64,000 nucleotides of DNA from Parcubacteria group bacterium (lineage in GTDB: Bacteria > Patescibacteriota > Minisyncoccia > Moranbacterales > UBA2206): positions 68,939 through 132,938 of the forward strand of contig JBAYLE010000001.1 in the NCBI GenBank assembly GCA_041664225.1, in the 5' to 3' direction. Made by a program: the position numbers and the translations under genes. Below, in pieces: positions 28,078 to 36,236 of the stretch. The notes below the pieces were generated by a model. The model worked only from the letters and a program-made list of their open reading frames with translations, was not told the origin of the DNA and made no database searches. The stretch's first letter is position 1. Each line of letters opens with the position of its first letter.

Positions 28078-28749
28078 ATGAAAAGAGGAAAAAAATATCG
28101 AGCGATTGCCGATAAGATAGATAAAAATAATATCTATTCCGTAGAAGAGGCGGTCAAATTGATGAAAGAAAACAAAATCGCCAAATTTAACGAGTCAGTA
28201 GAGGTTCACATTAAAACCAATGTGGATACGAAAAAGGGCGACCAACAGATTCGCGGTACGGTGATTCTGCCCCATGGAACCGGCAAAAGTAAAATAGTAG
28301 CGGTGATAACTTCAACTTCGGAAAAAGAAGCGAAGGAGGCCGGAGCGGACATTGTTGGCGGAGAAGAATTGATTGAAAAATTCAGCAAAAAAATCAATTT
28401 TGATGTTTTGGTCGCAACTCCAGAAATGATGCCCAAACTGGCCAAGGTTGCGAAGATACTCGGTCCCAAGGGCTTGATGCCAAATCCGAAAACTGAAACC
28501 GTGACGACTAAAATTAAGGAAACTGTGGAAGCGTTGAAAAAAGGTAAGGCAGCTTTCAAAAATGACGATACATCAAATATTCATCAGCCGGTCGGAAAAA
28601 TTTCTTTTGAAGATAACAAATTAGTTGAGAACATAAAAGCATTTATTGAAGCGATTGAAAAAAGTAAGCCGGCCACTTTCAAGGGTAAGCTCATTGCTAA
28701 TATAACCGTCTGTTCGACGATGGGCAGAGGAATACGGATAAAAGTATAA
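28078..28749 (+). CDS. rplA: 50S ribosomal protein L1
   Basis: 223 aa L1 signature. Confidence 0.94.
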   Translation: MKRGKKYRAIADKIDKNNIYSVEEAVKLMKENKIAKFNESVEVHIKTNVDTKKGDQQIRGTVILPHGTGKSKIVAVITSTSEKEAKEAGADIVGGEELIEKFSKKINFDVLVATPEMMPKLAKVAKILGPKGLMPNPKTETVTTKIKETVEALKKGKAAFKNDDTSNIHQPVGKISFEDNKLVENIKAFIEAIEKSKPATFKGKLIANITVCSTMGRGIRIKV

Positions 28750-28771
28750 TATTTTCTATGTATTTTGAAAA

Positions 28772-28806
28772 ACCTCGTTCCGCCAGCTGGCGGAGGCGAG
28801 GTTTTT
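28772..28806 (+). terminator. Intrinsic terminator after rplA containing palindrome TCCGCCAGCTGGCGGA
   Basis: cctcgttccgccagctggcggaggcgagg + TTTTTT. Confidence 0.8.
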
Positions 28807-28871
28807 TATTGACTTGATAACTAATTTCCAGTAAAATTATAAAGTGTTGATAATCAAATAATCTTATATGA

Positions 28872-29426
28872 ATGGAGAATAAAAAAATTGTGATCGGTCT
28901 TTTGGGCGAGAGTGGATCAGGGAAGGACACGGTTGCCAAGTACCTAAAGGAAAAATATGGAGCAAATTTGATGCGCTTTGCTGATCCAATCAAAGAAACA
29001 CTGCATATTTATTTTGAACAAAGCTCAAGAGAGGATCAACAGTGGTTGGCATTGGAATTTAGAAAAAGATTTGGAAATGATATTTTATCGCGGGCGATAA
29101 GAAAAAAAATAGACAACACCGATGGATTGGTAGCTGTTAATGGACTCCGTTTCTGGGAAGATTATGATTTTGTCAAAGGATTTGGGCCTGGCTATGTTTT
29201 ATATATTACCGCTGATCAAAAATTGCGTTGGGAAAGGACGGCTGGAAGAGGCGAGAAAGCGGATGATGATATTACGTTCGAAAAATTTCAGGAGATGGAA
29301 CGAGTTGAAACAGAAATTCATATTCCAGAAATTGGCGCTAAAGCTGATTTTAAGATAGTAAACGAAAAAGATCCGGAATCTTTACTCAGATCGGTAGATG
29401 AAATTATGGCGAAAATACTTAAATAG
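28872..29426 (+). CDS. Deoxynucleoside monophosphate kinase-like P-loop kinase (phage T4 gp1-like)
   Basis: GLLGESGSGKDT...FADPIKETL resembles T4 dNMP kinase motifs FLSGVKRSGKDT...AGPIKDAL (from memory). Confidence 0.55.
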   Translation: MENKKIVIGLLGESGSGKDTVAKYLKEKYGANLMRFADPIKETLHIYFEQSSREDQQWLALEFRKRFGNDILSRAIRKKIDNTDGLVAVNGLRFWEDYDFVKGFGPGYVLYITADQKLRWERTAGRGEKADDDITFEKFQEMERVETEIHIPEIGAKADFKIVNEKDPESLLRSVDEIMAKILK

Positions 29427-29435
29427 CCCGCAATA

Positions 29436-29467
29436 AAAGCCGTTTTCTGTAAAGAGCGGCTTTTTTG
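29436..29467 (+). terminator. Intrinsic terminator (AGCCG...CGGCT + TTTTTT)
   Basis: Hairpin plus T-run after the kinase gene. Confidence 0.6.
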
Positions 29468-29624
29468 ACCAACAAAACAAAAGGAGGTAAAATAGAGGAA
29501 CCCATCTAAGCAATAACTTCAAATAAAACCATGATCTAATTCTGAATTATTAATGTGGACGGAGCATAATTTATAATTAGACTTTTTGTTGCTTCAGTGC
29601 AACATAAGATTTTCACAAAATAAA

Positions 29625-30953
29625 ATGAAGAAATTACAAAAACAAGACCCGAAAATTTATAATGCAATCAAGAAAGAAATTAAAAGGCAAGAAGAAGAGC
29701 TAGAACTCATACCTTCTGAAATCGCGGCTTCAATCCCGGTGATGGAGGCTTTGGGATCAGTTATGACCAACAAGTATAGCGAAGGATATCCGCATAAAAG
29801 ATATTATGGCGGACAGCCAAATACGGACGAGATAGAAGATATCGCCATTGAACGGGCCAAGAAACTATTTAAAGTTCCACATGCCAACGTGCAGCCGTAT
29901 TCCGGAAGTCCGGCAAATCTTGCAGTGTATGTTGCGGTGTGCAATCCTGGCGATACAATTATGGGGCTCAATCTTCTTGATGGCGGACACCTGACCCACG
30001 GCTGGAAGGCCAGCGCCACCAGTATGTTTTATAAATCCGTTCCGTATCATGTAAAACCGGATGGCTATCTTGACTTGAAAGAAATTGAAAAATTGGCGAC
30101 AAAACATAAGCCGAAATTAATTTGGGTCGGGGCGACTGCTTATGTGAGAGAATTTCCTTTTGAAAAGTTGGCAAAAATTGCGGACAAGGTTGGTGCCTAT
30201 CTTGCAGCGGATATTGCGCACATTGCGGGCCTGGTGGTCGCGGGTGCACACAAAAGTCCCGTTAAATACGCACATATTGTGACGACTACAACGCATAAAA
30301 CTTTGCGCGGGCCAAGGGGAGGGATGATTATGGTTACGCAAAAGGGACTCAAAAAAGATCCGGAGCTGGCGCAAAAAATCGATCGGGCGATATTTCCGAA
30401 TTTGCAAGGAGGTCCGCATAACCATCAAACGGCGGCTGTTGCCGTTACTTTGGGAGAAGCCATGAAGCCATCGTTTAAAGTTTGGGGCAAGCAAGTTGTA
30501 AAAAATGCCAAGGCGCTGGCAAGCGAATTGATGAAAAATGGAGTAAGATTAGTGAGTAACGGAACGGATAATCACATGATGCTCATTGATTGCGGGAAGG
30601 GGCGGGGAGTATTGCTACAAAATGCTCTGGAAGAGGCAGGCATGACTGTAAACAAAAACACTATTCCTGCTGATCCTTCTTCGCCGTTCTATCCGAGCGG
30701 AGTCAGGCTAGGCACCCCTTTTATCACGGTTCGAGGCATGAAGGAAAAAGAAATGAAAATTATTGCCGGATGGATCGCTGAAGTGATGGCGGATGTTAAG
30801 GAGTTTCAGTTTCCGGAAGATAAAGAAAAAAGAAAAGAAGCTCTGAAAAAATTCAGGAAATACATAGCTTCAAGCAAAAAACTCAAACAAATTCGCGCGG
30901 ATATCAAAAATTTGTGCAAAAAATTCCCCCTGTATAAAGATTTAAAATGGTAA
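29625..30953 (+). CDS. glyA: Serine hydroxymethyltransferase
   Basis: SHMT PLP motifs (TTTTHKTLRGPRGG); start at MKKLQ within ORF opening at 29586. Confidence 0.94.
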   Translation: MKKLQKQDPKIYNAIKKEIKRQEEELELIPSEIAASIPVMEALGSVMTNKYSEGYPHKRYYGGQPNTDEIEDIAIERAKKLFKVPHANVQPYSGSPANLAVYVAVCNPGDTIMGLNLLDGGHLTHGWKASATSMFYKSVPYHVKPDGYLDLKEIEKLATKHKPKLIWVGATAYVREFPFEKLAKIADKVGAYLAADIAHIAGLVVAGAHKSPVKYAHIVTTTTHKTLRGPRGGMIMVTQKGLKKDPELAQKIDRAIFPNLQGGPHNHQTAAVAVTLGEAMKPSFKVWGKQVVKNAKALASELMKNGVRLVSNGTDNHMMLIDCGKGRGVLLQNALEEAGMTVNKNTIPADPSSPFYPSGVRLGTPFITVRGMKEKEMKIIAGWIAEVMADVKEFQFPEDKEKRKEALKKFRKYIASSKKLKQIRADIKNLCKKFPLYKDLKW

Positions 30954-30965
30954 CTTTTTACCGTC

Positions 30966-31523
30966 ATGCAAAGTAGGAAAATAATCGCTATTCTTGGTCT
31001 GCCTGGTTCAGGAAAATCGGAAGTGATAGATTTTATCATTGAAAAATATGGATGGCCGAAAATTTATTGCGGAGAGCCAACTTTTGATGAACTCCGACGG
31101 CTCAAGTTGCCATTCACCGAGAAAAACGAAAGAATGGTTAGGGAGGGATTGCGGAAAAAATTTGGCTCTCGTTATTACGGCGAGCAGGTAATAAAAAAGA
31201 TTAAGAAAATAGGAGGCAATAAAAATATCATACTGGAGAGTTTTTATACTTGGGATGAATATATTTTATTCATGGAAAAATTCAAAACTGATTTTATCAC
31301 TCTCGCTGTCCACGCTTCTCCGAAGATTAGATACAAAAGACTTAAGGACCGCAAAGAGCGTCCGCTTACTAAGAAAGAGGCGCAGGGGCGCGATTATGCC
31401 CAGATAGAAAATTTGAAACAGGGTGGTCCGATTGCTGTGACGGATTATATGATTGTAAATGAAAGCACTAAAGAAGAATTGAGAAAAAATGTGGATAATA
31501 TAGTTAAAAAACTAAAGAAATAA
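30966..31523 (+). CDS. P-loop nucleoside/nucleotide kinase-like protein (second paralogous kinase)
   Basis: ILGLPGSGKSE Walker A; size and layout of small NMP-kinase-like proteins. Confidence 0.5.
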   Translation: MQSRKIIAILGLPGSGKSEVIDFIIEKYGWPKIYCGEPTFDELRRLKLPFTEKNERMVREGLRKKFGSRYYGEQVIKKIKKIGGNKNIILESFYTWDEYILFMEKFKTDFITLAVHASPKIRYKRLKDRKERPLTKKEAQGRDYAQIENLKQGGPIAVTDYMIVNESTKEELRKNVDNIVKKLKK

Positions 31524-31527
31524 AATT

Positions 31528-32172
31528 ATGCCGCAAATTAAGAAAAGAAACATGAAAAAGAAACGCGCTTCTGTTGCTTCGAATGTTTTTGATTCCGAGT
31601 TGGTTTTTGGGAATCGGGTTGTATCTGATTACAAAAAATTGAAAAAAGCAGTTGAACATTGCAAGGGATTAGGGCTTGGAATTGTCCTGACATCCGGAAC
31701 CTGGGACTTGGTGCATATTGGTCACGCCCGCTATTTTCAGGAGGCGAAAAGACACGGTGATTTGCTGGTGGTCGGAGTTGACAGTGATGAAAAAGTGCGC
31801 AATCGCAAGGGTCCCGATCGTCCTATTGTTCCGGAAGACGAGCGTATGGAAATGGTCACTCATCTGAGATATGTCGACCTGGTTTTTTTGAAACAGGCGC
31901 ATGATCCCAAGTGGCACCTGATTAAACTCATAAGACCGGATGTTTTGATACTGACCGATGAAACATACAATAAAAAAACCCAGAAAGAACTGAAAAAGTA
32001 TTGCGGTGAAATAGTGGTTTTGAAACCGCAAGCTACGACCTCAACCAGTGCTAAAATCAGAAGACTGCAAATTTCTACTGCCAAAAAACTTCAGGATAAG
32101 CTGACCCCGAGACTGATGCAAACAATAGAAGACGTGTTATCGGAAATTAAAGAAGAAAAACTAAAAAAATGA
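31528..32172 (+). CDS. Cytidylyltransferase-family nucleotidyltransferase (TagD/RfaE domain II-like, HxGH motif)
   Basis: TSGTWDLVHIGHARYF...VVGVDSDEKV...RPIVPEDER matches the (H/T)xGH cytidylyltransferase family. Confidence 0.65.
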   Translation: MPQIKKRNMKKKRASVASNVFDSELVFGNRVVSDYKKLKKAVEHCKGLGLGIVLTSGTWDLVHIGHARYFQEAKRHGDLLVVGVDSDEKVRNRKGPDRPIVPEDERMEMVTHLRYVDLVFLKQAHDPKWHLIKLIRPDVLILTDETYNKKTQKELKKYCGEIVVLKPQATTSTSAKIRRLQISTAKKLQDKLTPRLMQTIEDVLSEIKEEKLKK

Positions 32173-33047
32173 AAAAAGTTACCTTAGCATATGTTCCGGT
32201 TTTGCATGAAGGCTACCGGCGTTTTCTGGAAAAATATCAGAATGCCAATCTTTATATTTTAGGACCTGATATAATTTCAGAATTTTCGCAACTCTCAAAA
32301 GAAATACGGCAACTTGATCCGGAGATCGTGAAAAAATCGATAGAAAGCTGGGGGATTCACAAAAATATTTTTATCTCCAACAAAAAAGAAATTCAGAAAA
32401 TTAGAGATGAGGCGGAGGAAATTGTCATGCCGGACGAGGACATTATGCATGAGCTGGCGGAAAAATATTTTTCGGATAAAAAAATTATTTTTGACGCAAT
32501 CTTTTTGCGCTGGGATAAACACAGCACTACAAAAGAAAAAGAGGTGAGTTTCGATCGTAAAATTTCGGTTGATGAATTTGACAAAGAAATGATCTTGACG
32601 GCAGATGCGGAAGGGCAAAAGAGTTCAGATTGGTGGCGAAGAATTGGTTCGGTGGTTGTGAAAGATGGAAAAACAATAATCTCAGCTCACAACAAGCATG
32701 TTCCGTCTGAGCATATGCCATATGTCAATGGCGATCCGCGCAGTAATTTTCATAAAGGCGACCATCTAGAGCTTTCTTCAGCCATCCATTCGGAAGCGGC
32801 GGCCATTGCGGAAGCGGCGAGACTTGGGATCAGTTTGGAGGGCGCTAGTATTTATGTCACAACTTTCCCATGTCCGCCATGTGCCAAGTTGATTGCTTAT
32901 TCTGGTATCAAGAAAATTTATTACAACATCGGCTATGGAGTTTTGGACGGTGAAAGCATTCTGAGGGACAAGGGAGTGGAAATTATTTTTGTAGACGTGG
33001 ACATTCCGCAGAAAAAAGGACTGGGGGATATTGAGTATAAAAAATAA
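32169..33047 (+). CDS. dCMP deaminase (ComEB-like CDA fold) with ~130 aa N-terminal extra domain
   Basis: C-terminal half has HSEAAAI...PCPPCAKLI zinc-deaminase motifs; N-terminal domain unassigned. Confidence 0.8.
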   Translation: MKKVTLAYVPVLHEGYRRFLEKYQNANLYILGPDIISEFSQLSKEIRQLDPEIVKKSIESWGIHKNIFISNKKEIQKIRDEAEEIVMPDEDIMHELAEKYFSDKKIIFDAIFLRWDKHSTTKEKEVSFDRKISVDEFDKEMILTADAEGQKSSDWWRRIGSVVVKDGKTIISAHNKHVPSEHMPYVNGDPRSNFHKGDHLELSSAIHSEAAAIAEAARLGISLEGASIYVTTFPCPPCAKLIAYSGIKKIYYNIGYGVLDGESILRDKGVEIIFVDVDIPQKKGLGDIEYKK

Positions 33048-33067
33048 AAATACTTTGGATAAAAAAT

Positions 33068-33095
33068 AAACCCCCGAGTGATTTGGGGGTTTTTG
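33068..33095. terminator. Bidirectional intrinsic terminator (CCCCC...GGGGG with A-run/T-run flanks) between convergent genes
   Basis: aaaaaataaacccccgagtgatttgggggtttttg. Confidence 0.65.
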
Positions 33096-33119
33096 CTGTT
33101 TCCAGCAAGGCAGCTCGGT

Positions 33120-33590
33120 TTATTTCAGTCTTTCCTTTCGTGCATTTTCTTTTTCGGGGCTGCGGTCCTTGAAGAGTGTCTCGGCTACCGGCTCTGTACC
33201 ATGTGGAACCACTATACTTTCGAAGTAGTGGTCGTCGGGCAAAGAACTGGCGTTCAGCGCTCTGTCACCGAAACGATGAATGATACCTCCACCGCGGAGG
33301 CTGAGTTCTTTGATCAACCAGTACCTGGCTTTGAAAATCTCTTCCATTTCTTTCGGTGCCAGTTCTTGCATTCTGATATGACGCTTAGGTATTATCAGAT
33401 ACATGTCACGTCCGGGTTTTGGGTATGCGTTTTTGCGTACAACGACCAGCGAAAATTCAGCGATAATAGCGCTTCCTTGTATTGCATCCGGCAGACACCA
33501 GGCGCATCCATGCTTTGCTGCTTTTTCTGTTGCCCTCATCTGTTCTTTTGAACGAACTGTGCTTGGGTCGACTTTAAAAGGTTTTTTCAT
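33120..33590 (-). CDS. HIT-superfamily-like protein (CxxC N-motif, degenerate histidine triad)
   Basis: CAWC...LIIPKRHI...DHYFESIVVPH resembles the HIT/GalT-like layout; paralogous to the downstream HIT gene. Confidence 0.4.
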   Translation of the reverse strand: MKKPFKVDPSTVRSKEQMRATEKAAKHGCAWCLPDAIQGSAIIAEFSLVVVRKNAYPKPGRDMYLIIPKRHIRMQELAPKEMEEIFKARYWLIKELSLRGGGIIHRFGDRALNASSLPDDHYFESIVVPHGTEPVAETLFKDRSPEKENARKERLK

Positions 33591-33691
33591 TACTCCTCCT
33601 CCTTTGCGCCTTTGGCGTCTTAAATTTATTGAATTTCAAATAAAAACCATAGCAAAAATATACCTCGCAATAAGGATTTTGTCAATGATTT

Positions 33692-34198
33692 CTACTTCAA
33701 GTATGGTTTATTTAAATTTTTATAGCCCAGTTTTACTTTTAACTTTTCATATTCCGCATCTGTGCCTTTGGCGTTGCCGACAATAAGTTGTGCGTGGAAA
33801 TGTTCGACACTGCCGCCGGTATATTCTGTTTTGCCAAAGCGTATGAAAAACGAACCACCTTCAATTTCAAACTCCTTTTCTGCCCACCCAATTAATTCAA
33901 ACAATTCCTTAGCTCCATCTGAGCTAATTTCTGAAGGAAGGGTAGTATGTTTTTTATAAACGAAAAGCAAGCTTACCCTTGTTCCTTCGTAGGGGTTCAT
34001 ATTTTCCGTAGCATACCACCATTTGGTTTCTTTCAAGATCGGATTTGGATGATATTTAGTGAAATATTCCGGGCAGAAAGGGCACACGCCATCTTCCGCG
34101 ATTTTGCGCATCAGCTCAATTTGCTTGGGAGTGCGCGCATGATTAAAATCCAAAAATCCAATTTTTTCTTTTTTTGTGTATTTTTTTGCTTTGTCCAT
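33692..34198 (-). CDS. HIT-family nucleotide hydrolase/transferase (CxxC + HxHxQ motif)
   Basis: GVCPFCPE...LFVYKKH...SVEHFHAQLIVGN. Confidence 0.6.
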   Translation of the reverse strand: MDKAKKYTKKEKIGFLDFNHARTPKQIELMRKIAEDGVCPFCPEYFTKYHPNPILKETKWWYATENMNPYEGTRVSLLFVYKKHTTLPSEISSDGAKELFELIGWAEKEFEIEGGSFFIRFGKTEYTGGSVEHFHAQLIVGNAKGTDAEYEKLKVKLGYKNLNKPYLK

Positions 34199-34203
34199 AT
34201 AGT

Positions 34204-35148
34204 TTATATCATTACCGGTATACCTTTTATTCCCGGATGCGGGTCATAATCGCTAAGTTCGAAATCTTCTTTTCTGAAAGCGAACAAGTCTTTCTTTCCA
34301 GTGTTCATTTTCATCGTTGGAAATAGACGTGATTCTCGTTCTAGCATCTTTTCTACAGCCGGAATCTGGTCAATATAAATATGAGCATCGGATATTGTGT
34401 GGACATATTCGTAAGGTATAGTTCCGGTTGCGTGCGCCAGCATCATGGTCAGGGCGGCATATTGAACCATGTTAGAAGGAACACCTATCGGTACATCGCC
34501 AGATCTTTGAATCATATTGAGAATAAGCTTATTATCTATGATTCTAATGTGAAGCCACCCATGGCAAGGGCAAACAACCACTTTCTGAACCTTGCCTTTA
34601 CCTCGGCCGTTGTATTGTGGAATCCAGGGAGAAATGAAATGCGTGCGCAGTTGCGGCTCTTCCTTGATTTGTTCAACGATGTGTTGAAACTGGTTGAATG
34701 TCTTTCCTTCAGCAGTCGGAAAATCATGAAAAGCGGCTCCATACGAACCAGGCCCGAGATCTCCGGTAGTAAGTCCTCTTTTGGAACATTTTTTTTCTGT
34801 GCACCAATCTTTCCACCAATAGACGCCAAATTTTTCAAGTTCTTCGACGGTGCGAGCTCCATTTATGAAAGCGCAAATTTCCGCGATAGCTTGTTGCCAG
34901 ATCGTGACCGGCAAAGCTGACATTTTTGGAGCCATATTTCTTTCAGTAATCATCGGGAAGCCGTTATCCAGTCTGAAACGCATGGGACGTGCCCCAACGA
35001 GAGTAATAGCGTCTGTGCTAGGACCCACCTTGCCAGAAGTGAAATCGGACCGGATACCTTTTTCAAGAATTTCTTTTAGGAGTTCCTTGTATTGGTTGTC
35101 CGGACTTCTTTCGCCGAGGGGCTTCATTTTGACAATGTCTTCAAACAT
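34204..35148 (-). CDS. thyA: Thymidylate synthase (ThyA family, with ~50 aa insertion)
   Basis: Alignable end-to-end with ThyA: RFRLDNGFP, CPCH catalytic Cys, QRSGDV, PSN, DYDPHPGIKGIPVMI C-terminus. Confidence 0.85.
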   Translation of the reverse strand: MFEDIVKMKPLGERSPDNQYKELLKEILEKGIRSDFTSGKVGPSTDAITLVGARPMRFRLDNGFPMITERNMAPKMSALPVTIWQQAIAEICAFINGARTVEELEKFGVYWWKDWCTEKKCSKRGLTTGDLGPGSYGAAFHDFPTAEGKTFNQFQHIVEQIKEEPQLRTHFISPWIPQYNGRGKGKVQKVVVCPCHGWLHIRIIDNKLILNMIQRSGDVPIGVPSNMVQYAALTMMLAHATGTIPYEYVHTISDAHIYIDQIPAVEKMLERESRLFPTMKMNTGKKDLFAFRKEDFELSDYDPHPGIKGIPVMI

Positions 35149-35183
35149 AGTTTTTGCTAAAAGTTTAATGGTTATTACCCTTA

Positions 35184-35317
35184 GGACTTACGCATTTGTC
35201 TCAAAAATTCCTATAGCGACCCCGTAAAAGCTAAACTAGATGCTCGCTTTTTACTTAAGGCTGTGCCCCGCGAAAAACATCAGCCGTAAGTAATTTTTTC
35301 GCCAAACGCATAAGTCC
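35184..35317 (-). promoter_or_regulatory. Conserved 5'-leader motif upstream of thyA (GGACTTACGCA ... AATTTTTTCGCCAAACGCATAAGTCC), shared with the thrS leader
   Basis: ~35-nt near-identical block to 42644-42679; both lie 24-36 nt upstream of minus-strand start codons. Confidence 0.45.
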
Positions 35318-35415
35318 TTGTATTATATCCCATGACGGTTAGTCTGCCAAATTGGCTCATTTGGATTATTTTTGTCCTTTTGATATAATAAAATAACGAT
35401 AAATTAAGACAAAAT

Positions 35416-35889
35416 ATGATTTCAATTATTGTGGCAATCGGCAAAAACAGAGCCATCGGACGCAAAAATCAGTTGCTGTGGGATATCCCGGAGGACATGG
35501 ACCATTTTCGGAAAACCACATCCGGCCGTACTGTCATCATGGGCGACAGGACATTCGAATCAATCGGCCATCCTTTGCCAAAAAGGAAAAATATCGTAGT
35601 GACTCTGAAGGAAAATTACGAGGCTCCCGGTTGCGAGGTGCGTAGTTCTCTGGAAGAAGTTTTGAACGAATATAAAAATAGCGAAGAAGAAGTTTTTGTG
35701 ATTGGCGGCGGGATAATTTATAAACTATCGTTGCCGTTTGCCGATAAACTATATTTGACGGTCGTGGATGACGCGCCGGAAGATGCGGACACATTTTTCC
35801 CTGATTATTCGGAATTTAAAAATGTTGTGAAAGAAGAGTCGATGGATAATGGACAATATAAATTTACCTTCTTGGAATTAACCAGATAA
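35416..35889 (+). CDS. folA: Dihydrofolate reductase
   Basis: MISIIVAIGKNRAIG...LLWDIPEDMDHFRKTT... canonical DHFR. Confidence 0.93.
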   Translation: MISIIVAIGKNRAIGRKNQLLWDIPEDMDHFRKTTSGRTVIMGDRTFESIGHPLPKRKNIVVTLKENYEAPGCEVRSSLEEVLNEYKNSEEEVFVIGGGIIYKLSLPFADKLYLTVVDDAPEDADTFFPDYSEFKNVVKEESMDNGQYKFTFLELTR

Positions 35890-35899
35890 AAATAAATTT

Positions 35900-36229
35900 A
35901 TGAATTTTGAAGAGTATCAAACAAAATCCAGGCGAACGGCGCTGTATCCTGATATAGGAAAAAACTTCATTTATCCGACTTTGGGATTGGCTGGAGAATC
36001 TGGAGAAGTAGCAGAGAAAATAAAAAAAGTACTTCGGGATAAAGCCGGAATTGTTGACGAGGAAACCAAAGAAATGATAAAGAAAGAATTAGGCGACGTG
36101 CTTTGGTATGTGGCGCAACTGGCGTCTGAACTGGGTTTGTCGCTGGATGAAATTGCGGAAAATAATATTATAAAATTAGCTAGCCGGCTCGAAAGAGGAG
36201 TGCTGCAAGGCAGTGGGGATAATAGATAA
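35900..36229 (+). CDS. MazG-like nucleoside triphosphate pyrophosphohydrolase (small all-alpha NTP-PPase)
   Basis: LGLAGESGEVAEKIKK...ELGDVLWYVAQLA EExxE/D motif pattern. Confidence 0.8.
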   Translation: MNFEEYQTKSRRTALYPDIGKNFIYPTLGLAGESGEVAEKIKKVLRDKAGIVDEETKEMIKKELGDVLWYVAQLASELGLSLDEIAENNIIKLASRLERGVLQGSGDNR

Positions 36230-36236
36230 TAAATTT

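Noticed and set aside
33078-33551. 157-aa plus-strand ORF
   Set aside because: Antisense to the HIT-like gene that shows the CxxC...IIPKRHI pattern; its translation is low complexity and terminator placement supports the minus-strand gene. Residual uncertainty is reflected in the 0.4 confidence of the minus-strand call.
34381-35227. Plus-strand ORFs (179 aa and 125 aa) within thyA
   Set aside because: Antisense to a ThyA homologue alignable over its full length.
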